A stretch of DNA of 64,000 nt from Candidatus Bathyarchaeota archaeon (GCA_963832745.1 CAWHVC010000001.1:352001-416000); one strand, 5' to 3'. Shown: positions 1 through 11,197, counted from the first letter of the stretch. Numbers and translations: made by a program. Notes: generated by a model from the sequence alone, not told the origin.

Positions 1-1352
1 TGCTTCGAAGCGGCGGTCCAGCGATTGAAAGGGGCTTGTACGCGTTTGGCAAAACACGCAAAATAATCAGCAGAAATGTCGAGCGTAACTTGATGAGGAG
101 TACGATATGTTTTGCGTTAATTGGCATTTCGTTGAGTTTAGTAGTTGTTATGGGTGGAGCTCAAATAGGCACGGTTGCGGGCGTTGAAAACGTTATTCGC
201 TCATTTTCCAGTAGTGACTTGACGGTTATGACCGATAATGTTGTTAGCAAAGGTTTTGCACAAAACATTACAGCAATTGAAGGGGTTAATTCGACTACGC
301 CTGTGCTTGTAGTTCCGGACAGGACACTTCTTCAAAGTGACGCAGCTAATTCTCCGCTTAACTCTTCAACTACTGTTTTAGCTATTGACACTGTTTCTTA
401 TTCTTCTGTTATGTCAATGACTTTCAGTGATGACACGCCAGAAGATGTTTTCAGTCGGCTTAACGAAAAAAACACTATTATTTTGACTTCTCCACTTGCT
501 CAATCGTTGAATGCCACTGTAGGTGACACAGTGAAAGTACGCTACATTGCTTATGAGGATAAGGTTGTTAAAGTGGAGGTTCCAGCTGGAACAGTTTTGC
601 CTGCAGGAGTGCCGACGCCAGCACCAACTGAGTATCATGTCACTGTGCCCCTTTTGGAATGGAAAAACTGCACAGTTGTCGGGGTAGCACAGGGGGCATG
701 GCTGGATATTATGTCGTTTGGCAATTTTATGCTGTCTGAAGCCTCATACATTTCATACAATAACCTGAACTCGACTTTTCCAAACAGCAATAAAAACTAC
801 AATGACACCGCTAACCTGTTCTTCGTAAAAGTAAATCCAGACACAAACATTGACCAAGCCAAAAACAACCTCGTTAGCAACTATGGCGACCAATACAAAC
901 TCAGCATTACCACTTATAATGACGCAGTACAAAGAGTACGAAGCTCAATAGACGAAATCTTCTACATCCTTTACTCAATCGTAATTTTTGCAGTAGCAAA
1001 CGCTGGCATAGGTGTAGCAGCCATAATGATAATGAACGTGTCTGAACGCAAAAGGGAAATCGGCATTCTACGTTCCCAAGGCATGAGCAAATCTCAGGTT
1101 GTCACAAGCATCATAGGCGAAGCCACTTTCTTAGGTGTTGTTGGCTTTGCTATGGGCATAATTGTTGGTTTAATGTTTCACCGGGTAACCGTTAGTTACA
1201 TGCGGCTTGAAGGCTTCCCAATGGCGTTCATCATGCCGTATGATGCGATGGCAGTTATTCTTGTTTTAGCAATTGCAACCGCAGTAATAAGCGCCGTTTA
1301 CCCAGCTGATAAAGCTTCAAAGCTTGATATTGTCGATGCCATAAGACACTAA
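1..1352 (+). CDS. ABC transporter permease, FtsX/MacB-like (5' part probably outside window)
   Basis: C-terminal FtsX motif (NVSERKREIGILRSQG, SAVYPA..ASKLDIVDAIR) and a large extracytoplasmic loop. Confidence 0.9.
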   Translation, partial: LRSGGPAIERGLYAFGKTRKIISRNVERNLMRSTICFALIGISLSLVVVMGGAQIGTVAGVENVIRSFSSSDLTVMTDNVVSKGFAQNITAIEGVNSTTPVLVVPDRTLLQSDAANSPLNSSTTVLAIDTVSYSSVMSMTFSDDTPEDVFSRLNEKNTIILTSPLAQSLNATVGDTVKVRYIAYEDKVVKVEVPAGTVLPAGVPTPAPTEYHVTVPLLEWKNCTVVGVAQGAWLDIMSFGNFMLSEASYISYNNLNSTFPNSNKNYNDTANLFFVKVNPDTNIDQAKNNLVSNYGDQYKLSITTYNDAVQRVRSSIDEIFYILYSIVIFAVANAGIGVAAIMIMNVSERKREIGILRSQGMSKSQVVTSIIGEATFLGVVGFAMGIIVGLMFHRVTVSYMRLEGFPMAFIMPYDAMAVILVLAIATAVISAVYPADKASKLDIVDAIRH

Positions 1353-1744
1353 ACCCTGTTTTTGCGTCGAGCTATGTCATATATGGCAGCTATTGCTACA
1401 GCATCAAGAACAATGCCCCCAGCAAGAAACAACGGCGAAGGCACTACAATTACCGCTGGAACAAAATTCAAGAAAAATAAGGAATGCAAAACAATTCCGC
1501 CAAAATACAAGAAAGCCAATAAAACTGCAGAAAAAAGATTTTTCGTGTAAAGAAAAATTAGGCTTAAAATTGCCAAAGCAAAGGTGCCGGGAATCACAAA
1601 ATCGGCGATATGTAGAGTGGAGAAAGCTGCTGAGGTTTCAGCGCCTATGGTGTTTGGCGGTAAAAGGAATGGGATAGCAAAATGGAAAACTCCGAAAACA
1701 AGAAGGAATACTGTTTCAACAAAATGTATCTTGGACTGGAGCAT
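1349..1744 (-). CDS. hypothetical membrane protein
   Basis: 131-aa ORF with four hydrophobic segments. Confidence 0.7.
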   Translation of the reverse strand: MLQSKIHFVETVFLLVFGVFHFAIPFLLPPNTIGAETSAAFSTLHIADFVIPGTFALAILSLIFLYTKNLFSAVLLAFLYFGGIVLHSLFFLNFVPAVIVVPSPLFLAGGIVLDAVAIAAIYDIARRKNRV

Positions 1745-1837
1745 GTCAGGTCGTCCTCAATCTTTTTTAATGCAATCTTACTAAATTAACTTGTAGAGTA
1801 ACGCTTGTTTTTTTAAGGCTTTTTAGGAGAGACCTGT

Positions 1838-2530
1838 TTGTCTGTCAAAGTTGTTGATGTAGAAAAAACTTACCGTTTAGGCGAAAACAATGTTCACGCA
1901 TTAAAAGGCGTGAGTTTAGAGGTAAATAAGGGCGATTTTGTCGCGTTCATAGGACCCTCTGGTTCAGGAAAAACGACGCTGCTAAATCTAATTGGTGTAT
2001 TGGATAAGCCAAGTAAAGGCAAAATCTACGTAAACGAAACAGACTTAACGTTGCTTAAAGAAAAAGACTTAACCAAACTTCGGCGGGGCACAATCGGCTT
2101 CATCTTTCAATTCTATAATCTTATTCCAGTTCTTTCAGCATTTGAAAATGTAGAGTTACCCATGTTGATAGCGGGCGTTCCAAGCAAAGAACGCGAAACC
2201 CGCGCTAAAGAGCTCTTGAAAATGGTGGGGTTAGCTGACAGGATTCATCATCGTCCTGACGAGTTAAGCGGTGGAGAACAGCAAAGGGTGGCAATTGTTC
2301 GTGCATTGGCTAATAGACCATCAATTGTGCTTGCCGATGAACCCACGGGGGATTTGGATTCTAAAACGGGTAAAGAGGTTGTTCAGGCACTGCATGACCT
2401 GTCTAACCGTGAAGGCGCAACAGTTATAATTGTTACACATGACCCTACAGTTGCCAGCATGACCAGCCGCGTGTTCGAAATGCGCGACGGCACGATAATC
2501 AAGGAGCACATAAACACTTTGACACATTAA
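1838..2530 (+). CDS. ABC transporter ATP-binding protein, LolD/MacB-like
   Basis: Walker A GPSGSGKT, LSGGEQQR, LADEPTG, THD. Confidence 0.95.
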   Translation: MSVKVVDVEKTYRLGENNVHALKGVSLEVNKGDFVAFIGPSGSGKTTLLNLIGVLDKPSKGKIYVNETDLTLLKEKDLTKLRRGTIGFIFQFYNLIPVLSAFENVELPMLIAGVPSKERETRAKELLKMVGLADRIHHRPDELSGGEQQRVAIVRALANRPSIVLADEPTGDLDSKTGKEVVQALHDLSNREGATVIIVTHDPTVASMTSRVFEMRDGTIIKEHINTLTH

Positions 2531-2598
2531 CATTAGTGGTTTTAAAATCCATCTAGATTTAAATTAACACTAATTATATAGGATTTAGATGCGTTTTT

Positions 2599-3279
2599 TT
2601 GAACAACGAACAATTTATTCTCTTTACAGGGTCAGTCATTGCTTTGCTGTTAGGGTTATTATCCGCGTTTGTTCCAGCATTAGCGTACATAACAGTATCA
2701 GCTGAATGGTCAAACTTTTTGCTTTCAAACGCACCACATTTTGTAACTATTCAACCGCTGATTTTTAGCTTCCATGATTTTACTATCAAACTGCTGGTTT
2801 CAGCGTTTGGCGGCCTTCTGGGTTTATGTTCAGTCTGTTGTGAACATAGGAATACGGTCCCCTTTCTTAGCTTCGCAGGTTTATCGCTTGGCACAATTGG
2901 GTTTTTGCTGCCTTATGGTTCAAGCCAATTTGCGGCAAGTGATTATTCAAGTGACGTCCCATGGGTTGGCTCTCTGATTACTCTTGTGGGTGTTTTGTTG
3001 ATGTTTTTAGGGTTTTCTTTAAGAAATACTCAGGTTCCAAAATGGGCACTTTTTGTTATACCTATCCTGTTAATTATTTACTTGACATCGCCTGTATTGA
3101 TTTTTACGGGTAACCTGCAGCTGTTTATTTTCTTGCAAGTTAACATTTCAATCAGCACAATAATCGGCATTTTGATTTTGATGGGGCACTTGATTATTGT
3201 ATGGGCTGGAATAACGGGTCTTCGCATTCCTGAAAATGAACAAGCTAATCCTTCGGCGAAAATTAACACTAAAAAATAA
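2599..3279 (+). CDS. hypothetical membrane protein
   Basis: 226-aa multi-TM ORF. Confidence 0.7.
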   Translation: MNNEQFILFTGSVIALLLGLLSAFVPALAYITVSAEWSNFLLSNAPHFVTIQPLIFSFHDFTIKLLVSAFGGLLGLCSVCCEHRNTVPFLSFAGLSLGTIGFLLPYGSSQFAASDYSSDVPWVGSLITLVGVLLMFLGFSLRNTQVPKWALFVIPILLIIYLTSPVLIFTGNLQLFIFLQVNISISTIIGILILMGHLIIVWAGITGLRIPENEQANPSAKINTKK

Positions 3280-3408
3280 ATAAACTCAAAGATTTTTCTT
3301 TACTTCTTTAGTATTGATTGTTCATATTGTTTCCAAAAGCATAAGTGGTTAATACTCATTTTTTATCTAATCCACAAGTATCCCTGCTCATTTGACGTTT
3401 GGAGAATA

Positions 3409-5232
3409 ATGATGAAAATCCGCGCTAAAACATTGATTGCTCTTTTAGCTACGACCCTGTGCCTGTTTATCATTATTCATTACATATCTGCCTCTGTAAT
3501 ACTAGACAATTTTTCCAAAATAGAAGAAGATGAAGTAATCCAAACAATAGTTCGACTGCACATCGCCACCACAAGCCGCTATACTGATTTAGACAACAAA
3601 TTAGTAAGCTGGTCACAAAAAAACAGCACCTACGAATTCGTTAAAAGCCAAAACATCACCCAACCAGAACAATTTATCACCCCATCAACAATGCAAACGT
3701 TAGACATCAATTACGCCATAATTTTAAACGAAAAAGGGTCTTACATTACTGGCGTTGGACTTAACTTAACCAGCATGCAACTCACCTCTATTCCAAAACC
3801 TATACTTGCAAAAGTATCATCAGATGAGCAAATATGGAATTTGAAAAAGTTTGAAAGTTTTGCAAATGGTTTCATCCAAGTTGAAGGTCAACCCATTTTT
3901 TTAGCTTCAAGACCAATACTCACAACTGAGGGAAATGGCGCAGCTAGAGGGGTAATAATTTTCGCTCGTTACTTTGACAAAGTAGAAATAACTAAACTTT
4001 CATATGAACTTCGTTCTTCGTTAACTATACAATCTATTGATGATTGGAAAAATTCTGGTTTTACACAGGAAAATGTTTCAGGTGCTTCATACGTTAAACC
4101 GTTAAATGAGCAATCAATAGCAGGGTATGACATTATTAATGACATAAATGGTAAACCAGTTTTTGTTTTAGGTGCTACCTTGCCTAGAACAGTTTACAGT
4201 CAAGGATTAAAAACGATAGGTTTCATTGACCAAACATTGATACTTTCAGGCATAATTTTCACATGCACGATAATTCTGGTTTTAGAATTTTCAGTTCTTA
4301 ACCGTTTAAGCAAATTGACCAATGCCGTAAAAAAACTTGGAACCACCGGTAAACAGTCACCAATACTTACAATGTCTGGAAACGACGAAATAACCTGGTT
4401 AACACACTCAATCAACGGGTTACTTAAAGAGATACAAAGTCAAAGTTTGAAACTTCAAAAAAATGAACGCTTATCCGCTATCGATGAACTCGCAAGACAA
4501 GTTGGGCATGATTTGCGAAATCCGTTAACAAGCATTAACAACGCAGTTTATTACCTTAAACACAAAGGCAACATATGTACTGCAAAAAACCGTCAAACAA
4601 TGCTAAACATTATTGAAAATGACATCCAACGCGCCGACAAAACAATAACAAGCCTTGTTGATTACTCAAGCGAAATACTGGTAGACCCACAGAAGTGTAG
4701 CATAAAGGGGCTTCTTTTGGATGCTTTAGCAAGAAGTGCTGTACCAAACCGGATTAAAGTAATAAACAACACTTCAGAACAGCATATTTTGAGTGTTGAT
4801 AAAGAAAAAATTGAAAGAGTGTTTATGGCAGTAATAAAGAACGCTGTTGAAGCAATACCAAAAGAGGGAACCTTAAAAGTGGATAGCCGAAAGGTTGGCG
4901 ACAGCATCCAAACTTTTTTCATGGACACAGGTTTGGGAATCCCTGAAAAGCTTGTTTCAAAAATTTTTGCTCCTTTGATGACAACTAAAGCTCAGGGTAT
5001 CGGCTTTAGCTTAGCTATTAGTAAACGTATTGTTGAAGCTCACGGCGGCACAATAAGTTTTGAAAGTAAAGTTGGAAAAGGGACAACGTTCAAGGTTACC
5101 TTGCCAATACAACCGAAGATTGAATTAGAAAATCAAAAGGCTACTTTGCCAAAACAGGACCCACTGCTGCATTACGAGCTTATTGAAGAAACATCTGCTG
5201 ATATAAAAAGTGGACAAACAGATAATGTTTAA
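3409..5232 (+). CDS. membrane sensor histidine kinase (CHASE4-like, HAMP, HisKA, HATPase)
   Basis: H-box GHDLRNPL, N-box KNAVEA, G1 DTGLGIP, IVEAHGG; two TM helices flank the sensor domain. Confidence 0.9.
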   Translation: MMKIRAKTLIALLATTLCLFIIIHYISASVILDNFSKIEEDEVIQTIVRLHIATTSRYTDLDNKLVSWSQKNSTYEFVKSQNITQPEQFITPSTMQTLDINYAIILNEKGSYITGVGLNLTSMQLTSIPKPILAKVSSDEQIWNLKKFESFANGFIQVEGQPIFLASRPILTTEGNGAARGVIIFARYFDKVEITKLSYELRSSLTIQSIDDWKNSGFTQENVSGASYVKPLNEQSIAGYDIINDINGKPVFVLGATLPRTVYSQGLKTIGFIDQTLILSGIIFTCTIILVLEFSVLNRLSKLTNAVKKLGTTGKQSPILTMSGNDEITWLTHSINGLLKEIQSQSLKLQKNERLSAIDELARQVGHDLRNPLTSINNAVYYLKHKGNICTAKNRQTMLNIIENDIQRADKTITSLVDYSSEILVDPQKCSIKGLLLDALARSAVPNRIKVINNTSEQHILSVDKEKIERVFMAVIKNAVEAIPKEGTLKVDSRKVGDSIQTFFMDTGLGIPEKLVSKIFAPLMTTKAQGIGFSLAISKRIVEAHGGTISFESKVGKGTTFKVTLPIQPKIELENQKATLPKQDPLLHYELIEETSADIKSGQTDNV

Positions 5233-5336
5233 GCACGTTTTGGTAAATGATTGTACCTTAACCCATTTAACTAAACCGTACATTAAACAAGTAAACAAAA
5301 GTTTCATGGAAGGTTAAAAATGAAAAAAGTACAGCA

Positions 5337-6782
5337 ATGGCTCTATCGATAATGCTGATTGCTACAGTTTTGCTTTCAGCTTTTATTATTTTACAAAGTT
5401 ACAGTCTAACTGAAAAACCGTTTTATGTTGGAGTAACATACTGTGGCAGCTCTGTAGAAGAAGCCAAACAGTTAATCGATAAAGTGAAGGCCTACACCAA
5501 CCTCTTCGTGCTACAATCGGGACCTTTGCAAGAGAATCAGTCGGCGACAGTTGAGATTTCTGATTACGCGGTTAACAACGGCTTAGACATCATAGCTTAT
5601 TATGGTTCTTTAGATTGGAAACATGATGTAGTAAGTAGCTTTCTTAATGCAACTGATAACCGTTGGGGTAACCACTTTTTAGGCGTATATTACGGTGATG
5701 AGCCAGGCGGAAACCTACTTGATGATTGCCACTTGACTTTAAGAGACGAAAGTGGCATAGCATCGGGTATTGATCAAGATGGAAATAGGTTTAGAACAGG
5801 AAATTGGAATAAAATTACCTTTAAAACTTCGGGCACAATAACTTTAGAGGATACTGCAGTCTATGTTACCGGCGTTAATGACACAATACAACCACACCCA
5901 CACAAAATAATGACAAATTATTACCCCAACCAAACTATCATTGTTACCCAATATCCTCCAGCAGATACAATCATATACCAACAAGACGGCACGGTAACCT
6001 TGCAAAAGCTTGATGGCTCAACATCAAGAGTTACAGACCGAGGCAACATTTCCCAGTTTGAACCCTATCAGCAACTCTGGAATTCAAGACCATTGCAAAC
6101 ATACGATGAAACAGCAAGCATGTTTGAAAAAGTCAATAAAGAATCAGTTAATTGGCTACATAACCAGTCTTCGTCGGCGAAGGCGTTCACGTCTGATTAT
6201 GGTTTGTACTGGTTTGACTATTTAGGCGGTTACGACGTGGTTTTAGCGGAGTTCGGCTGGAACCATACTGAAGCCCAACATATGGGGTTGGTTCGCGGTG
6301 CCGCAAGCTTGCAGGGTAAAAGTTGGGGTGCCATGCTAACTTGGAAGTTTGACCAGCCACCTTACATGGCTTCAGGCGAGGAACTTTACGACCAAATGAC
6401 ACTTGCTCACAACGGCGGTGCAGAATACGTAGTCGTTTTCAATTATTCACCAAATGATGAGGGTGCAGGTGTTTTGCAGGATGAGCATTTTGCGGCGTTG
6501 GAACGCTTCTGGAACGAAAACGTTCTACCAAATAATGAAAAGGCAAAAACAGTGAAGGCTGAAGCGGTGCTGGTTTTACCATCAGATTATGGTTGGGGCA
6601 TGCGTAACCCTAAAGACACGATTTGGGGGCTGTGGCAGGCTGATGACAAATCCGCGCAAGTGTGGAGTTCACTGCAGAATGCGCTTGAAGTTCACGGCGA
6701 AAAACTGGACATTGTTTATGATGACACGGCGTTTCCAGTTTCGGGTTACCAGCAAGTTTTGTGGTGGAACAAGACTGGTTAA
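5337..6782 (+). CDS. secreted/membrane-anchored protein, possible TIM-barrel glycoside-hydrolase-like fold
   Basis: N-terminal hydrophobic segment, YYGDEPGG and DVVLAEFGWN motifs; an upstream ATG at 5320 is one base out of frame in an A-run. Confidence 0.7.
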   Translation: MALSIMLIATVLLSAFIILQSYSLTEKPFYVGVTYCGSSVEEAKQLIDKVKAYTNLFVLQSGPLQENQSATVEISDYAVNNGLDIIAYYGSLDWKHDVVSSFLNATDNRWGNHFLGVYYGDEPGGNLLDDCHLTLRDESGIASGIDQDGNRFRTGNWNKITFKTSGTITLEDTAVYVTGVNDTIQPHPHKIMTNYYPNQTIIVTQYPPADTIIYQQDGTVTLQKLDGSTSRVTDRGNISQFEPYQQLWNSRPLQTYDETASMFEKVNKESVNWLHNQSSSAKAFTSDYGLYWFDYLGGYDVVLAEFGWNHTEAQHMGLVRGAASLQGKSWGAMLTWKFDQPPYMASGEELYDQMTLAHNGGAEYVVVFNYSPNDEGAGVLQDEHFAALERFWNENVLPNNEKAKTVKAEAVLVLPSDYGWGMRNPKDTIWGLWQADDKSAQVWSSLQNALEVHGEKLDIVYDDTAFPVSGYQQVLWWNKTG

Positions 6783-6848
6783 CCAAACCATTCATTGTCC
6801 TGCTTTACGATGTTACGATGAATATTTTTTTAAAGGTTTATTTACTAT

Positions 6849-7340
6849 TTGTTGGCAGATACATTAACAGTAACCAATACACATGCAACAAGTCATGTTG
6901 GTGAAAAGATGGGAATTAGACTTACAAAATCCGATAAAACATTCATACAACAATTACCAGTTTGCCATCTAGCAACAGCAACCGAAGACTGCGAACCAGT
7001 AGTTCGGCCTGTATGGTCAGTTTTCGACGGCGTTTTCATTTACTTTGCATCTGACCCCGACACTCCAAAACTAGAGCAGATAGAGTCAAACCCGCAGGTG
7101 TCTATAGTTTTTGATGATTATGACAGGAATAACTGGTCAACCGTAAGAGGCGTACGTATTCAAGGCGAAGCAGAACTTCTCTGGAGCGGCAAAGAATACC
7201 AGTATGCGCATTCACTGCTTAAAGAAAAGTTTCCAGAATACCGAACAGAAGACGGCGGCTGGAAAGAAGGCGACCTGCCGATTGTAAAAATTACGCCAAC
7301 ATCCTTTGCCAGATGGGCAGAGGGTAAATGGACAAAATAA
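6849..7340 (+). CDS. pyridoxamine 5'-phosphate oxidase-like (PPOX class) flavin/F420-binding protein; start probably 6909
   Basis: LATA..P.VRPVW, K...I.SNPQVS..FD, GVRIQG.A motifs. Confidence 0.85.
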   Translation: MLADTLTVTNTHATSHVGEKMGIRLTKSDKTFIQQLPVCHLATATEDCEPVVRPVWSVFDGVFIYFASDPDTPKLEQIESNPQVSIVFDDYDRNNWSTVRGVRIQGEAELLWSGKEYQYAHSLLKEKFPEYRTEDGGWKEGDLPIVKITPTSFARWAEGKWTK

Positions 7341-7385
7341 ATTTTACCCTAAATTTTTTAAGTTTTCAACCGCTTAATCCTATTT

Positions 7386-8168
7386 ATGCAAAATATTAAC
7401 GTCTTGTTTTTTCTTTCACCAATAATTGTTATCATAATTTCTTCTGCGTTAGTAATTTATTGGTACCGCAAACGTCATTTCCGTTGGACAGCCCTAATTT
7501 TTTCGTTGGCAGCTTACGCAGGCGCCATTGCACTCAAATATGCGGTACAAATCCCAACAATAAACTTGGTTAAGGATTCAGGCCCCGTAGTGCTCGGCGC
7601 ATATTATGGCATTCAAACAATGGTTTTCGAGGTCGGCTTGGCTTTTCTGGTTGCATTAATTGCCCTTCGTTACCGTGAACTTAGCGGAAAAGATGCAGAG
7701 GGTTACGCTTCAGGATTAGCTTTTTGGGAAAACGCTGGCCTGCTTGGAATTCTTATTTTAATCAACTATGTTACATATTATAGTGTTCTTTCTTCAAACA
7801 CACCTCTTGCACAACAACTATATGACCAATTAACGTCAAATGCACCAGGACTCTTCGCATCCAATCAAGAAGCGCTCGGCTTAGTTGGCATCGCTGTTTT
7901 TGAACGGGTTTCTTCGATTATAATTCATTTTGCCTGGGGTTACCTTTGCTTTATGGCTGCCTACCATCATAAGTCGAGGCTGTTTTTGATAGCGTTGCCG
8001 ATGGGACTGGTTGATTTCTTTGTACCTTTTGCTGCAAGCGCGCCAATAATGTTTGAGGTGCTGTTTTTTGCTTTAGCTGTAGTGTCCTTGGCGGTTGCAT
8101 GGTATGTGACAAAAGATTTGCATAAAAAACCAGAAGCCGAAAACGGAAAAGCTGGTTTGTCAAGCTAA
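7386..8168 (+). CDS. YhfC-like intramembrane glutamic protease family protein
   Basis: FE, GLAFWE, FERVSSII.H motifs, multi-TM. Confidence 0.7.
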   Translation: MQNINVLFFLSPIIVIIISSALVIYWYRKRHFRWTALIFSLAAYAGAIALKYAVQIPTINLVKDSGPVVLGAYYGIQTMVFEVGLAFLVALIALRYRELSGKDAEGYASGLAFWENAGLLGILILINYVTYYSVLSSNTPLAQQLYDQLTSNAPGLFASNQEALGLVGIAVFERVSSIIIHFAWGYLCFMAAYHHKSRLFLIALPMGLVDFFVPFAASAPIMFEVLFFALAVVSLAVAWYVTKDLHKKPEAENGKAGLSS

Positions 8169-8553
8169 AAGTTTGCTTATTTTTCTCCTGCAATAATGGC
8201 GATTCTGCCCATCGTAAACGGCAGTTTTAGCTAAGGGCAAGCCAGATTCGAAACTTTCATGCCCCAGATGTGGTGTTGCACGTTTTTCCTGTTTGGCGAA
8301 AATAAGTACCGTGGATAAGCAAAATATGCGGCGGTTATAAGGCATAGGGCAGCTATGATTCCAAGTGGCCACAGCCAGAGGTTTGTAACGCAAAAATTAT
8401 TGTTAAAACGGTGAAGCTGTTGATGAACCGTTTTTTGATACCCAGTTATCGTATTCTGCTTGTTGGTTAACCGTTTTAGCCATAACGGGTGAGTCATAAG
8501 AAGGGGGAATGTAGGTCCAAGATTAAAAGGTTGAGAAAAAAGGCGTACAGGAG

Positions 8554-8808
8554 TTATTTGCTCCATTGATAATTAGAGAATTCGATTGTATCAATAATGC
8601 GTTGCGAAAAATCGATTGGTTCCGATTGGTCGCAGTACATTACGAATCCGTCAAAAGCGAAGAAGTACATGTTTTTTCTGCGGTAAATTATTTTGGGTTT
8701 TGCTATGCGTACGAGTTCTTTAAAGTTTTCTCGGTCGAATTTGACACGGTACGAACTTGCTTCATTTGCCGCTGCCATTGTTGCTGCCATGGTTGTTATC
8801 TCAGCCAT
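8554..8808 (-). CDS. hypothetical protein
   Basis: 84-aa ORF with plausible composition. Confidence 0.6.
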   Translation of the reverse strand: MAEITTMAATMAAANEASSYRVKFDRENFKELVRIAKPKIIYRRKNMYFFAFDGFVMYCDQSEPIDFSQRIIDTIEFSNYQWSK

Positions 8809-8959
8809 CAGTTTTCATCCTTAAATGGTGAATATATACCCTTTTTTGTGATTTAATTCTTTTCTAAATAAACAATACACAGGATTTAGAATACTAAAAA
8901 GTAGAACAGGAAAAAGCTTATTCAGTAAATACAAAATAGTAAAGGCGAGGTTAAAAGTA

Positions 8960-9748
8960 GTGTCTCTTGAATCAGGCAAAAAATACGGTTTCATTGCCAG
9001 CCTAATAAACGTAATAATGCCGGTAGTTGCAATTTTATTAGTTGTTGGTTTACTTGCTTACCAGTTTTCCATTTATGCAGCAGGCGGTGTTGGCGCTTCA
9101 CTTTTTGGAGCAGGAGCCTTCTTAGGCGTATTTGTGGTTCTAGGTGCAGTCAGTATTATCGGTTTAATATTGTTCTTTTTAGCAATGCATCGCTTAGCCC
9201 AATATTATAATGAACCATCAATCTTCAAAAATGTCCTCTACGGGTTTATAATAACAATCGTAGGCGTCATCATAGCGCTCATAATTGACTTTGGATTCAT
9301 TTTAACAGCAGCAAGCCGTTTTCCTCAAGTCGGTACACCTTCAACGGCTGGACCAATCGTTGCACAATTCATACTAGGATACATGTTGGTCTTAGCTATC
9401 GGATTCATTTGTGCCATAATTACCGCGGTACTTTACTGGCGTGCATTCACAAAACTTGGAGAAAAATCAGGTGTTGAAAGCTTCAAAACTACTGGTCTTC
9501 TGTACCTTATCGGCGCAGCTTTAACAATCATAGCTGTAGGGGCAATTATAACGTGGATTGCATGGATATACTCTGCAATGAGTTTTAGAAAACTCCAGCC
9601 GAAACCTCAACCTGCCCCTATCGCCTCAACTTATCCACCTGCAACAGACAAAATTTACTGTAACTACTGCGGTACTGAAAATCAAGCCAGCTCAATCTAC
9701 TGCAGAAACTGCGGCAAACCCCTACGCACCACACAAGCCAGCGTCTAA
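8960..9748 (+). CDS. DUF996-like membrane protein with C-terminal zinc ribbon
   Basis: LAQYYNEPSIFKN, SGVESFKTTGLLYLIG; CNYCG...YCRNCG. Confidence 0.85.
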   Translation: MSLESGKKYGFIASLINVIMPVVAILLVVGLLAYQFSIYAAGGVGASLFGAGAFLGVFVVLGAVSIIGLILFFLAMHRLAQYYNEPSIFKNVLYGFIITIVGVIIALIIDFGFILTAASRFPQVGTPSTAGPIVAQFILGYMLVLAIGFICAIITAVLYWRAFTKLGEKSGVESFKTTGLLYLIGAALTIIAVGAIITWIAWIYSAMSFRKLQPKPQPAPIASTYPPATDKIYCNYCGTENQASSIYCRNCGKPLRTTQASV

Positions 9749-9821
9749 ACCAATCATTTTTTGCTTTAAAAACAAGCAATAACGCCTACGCTTGTAAAAA
9801 AAGCAACCTTTTTTTTAAATT

Positions 9822-10275
9822 TAGGTCTCTTCTATCTGTTTGGCTTTACCGGCAATTACTGCAGGTATCAATGCAATTGCGTTTATGATTGCAAATGCTA
9901 AGTAAGTGTTTGATAAACTAGATACAAGGAGCGTTTTATCTGCGGCCTGTAATTAATTGTCGTATGCCTTGCACGGTTCTGAACACAATAACTTCTGTGG
10001 GTTCATTCCAAGGGTTTAACGCGGACCCTATCGTGAATATGGCAAAATCGATAACATAAATGCGGACTCGCCAAAAATATCTCCAAGCCAGCCAATAATT
10101 GAAAAAATTAACGTGTTTATTAAAATGTATGCTTGTGATTCCCGATTGCCTGTTCAATGTCAGCGCCTAATTATTCTGAAACCTGTGGCAACCCAATTAT
10201 AACTATTCGCGTATCGATTCCAACCATTAAAACGCCGATTATTGTAGCTGTTAAGGCTAACCAGTTGTACTGCAA
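9822..10275 (-). pseudogene. internally deleted MFS transporter pseudogene, paralog of 36087..37601
   Basis: Translates QYNWLALTATIIGVLMVGIDTRIVIIGLPQV and FAIFTIGSAL, then jumps to C-terminal TYLAFAIINAIALIPAV, matching both ends of the intact MFS; frameshifted. Confidence 0.8.
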
Positions 10276-10310
10276 AAAAAATCTACTAACCAACGATTGA
10301 TAACTGAAAA

Positions 10311-10634
10311 TTAATCCACGGTAGGCTCATTCTTTTTAGGTTTATCTAATTGTCCATGATAATGGTTAATGCCAATATACAGCATAACAATGAAAAGGCT
10401 AACAAAAACAACTTCGATAGCTACAACAAAAATTATGGTATTGTAATGGTTCTCAGCAACCTCGTCAGGATTTATATAGGTCACGTTAGGGCCTGTCCCC
10501 TGAGAAGGGTTATTTATATGCTGTAAAATATTATCCACATCCTGATCAGCTTGCAACGCAAAAGTTACTATGGGCACAACTAATGCAACTACCAAAAATA
10601 TTCCAGCTAACGTGAAAATATATTTATGATGCAT
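10311..10634 (-). CDS. hypothetical membrane protein (2 TM)
   Basis: 107-aa ORF with two hydrophobic helices. Confidence 0.7.
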   Translation of the reverse strand: MHHKYIFTLAGIFLVVALVVPIVTFALQADQDVDNILQHINNPSQGTGPNVTYINPDEVAENHYNTIIFVVAIEVVFVSLFIVMLYIGINHYHGQLDKPKKNEPTVD

Positions 10635-10708
10635 AAAAACCGCATTCTTCTAGTAGTTTTTTTAAGATATAAACTTTATAAACTTTGAAAAGAATCAACG
10701 CCGTAAAA

Positions 10709-11083
10709 TTATAGCAGGATAATAATTGAGGTTTCTTTTGTTGAAGGCTTGTAAAGCTGTATTTCGTTGAACGCGATTTTTTCAGGCATACCTTCAAGCC
10801 TCATGTAGTCAATATTGAGACTTGTCTGTTCTTCTTTAAAGTTACAATCAATTATGGTTTCAATGTCAACTTTGTTTATCTTGTTACCTGATTCATCCTG
10901 AATTGCGTAAGTGTTATCGTCTTCTTTACTTATCCAGTGCCCAGGGTATAGTAATGTTTCAAGTACACGTTCCTTGTAAGCTTTTATAGAAAACTGTTCA
11001 GGAACTTCAATTCGCAGTTTAACTAAAGACGCAACACATTTGCGTTTGGAGCCTTCAGCAATTAACTGAGACACACTCCTCAC
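10709..11083 (-). CDS. hypothetical protein
   Basis: 124-aa ORF. Confidence 0.55.
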   Translation of the reverse strand: MRSVSQLIAEGSKRKCVASLVKLRIEVPEQFSIKAYKERVLETLLYPGHWISKEDDNTYAIQDESGNKINKVDIETIIDCNFKEEQTSLNIDYMRLEGMPEKIAFNEIQLYKPSTKETSIIILL

Positions 11084-11197
11084 AAAAATACTTGTAAAAG
11101 GTCAATCATAAAATTATGCTTATTTAGAAATTAAACAAGCTTTAAAGAAAGTGGTACTCAATTTTAGGTTTTGAGTTACCTTTTTGCTATCGTATAC

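Noticed and set aside
8231-8566. 111-aa minus-strand ORF
   Set aside because: Looks like frameshifted remnants of a membrane protein; no family recognisable
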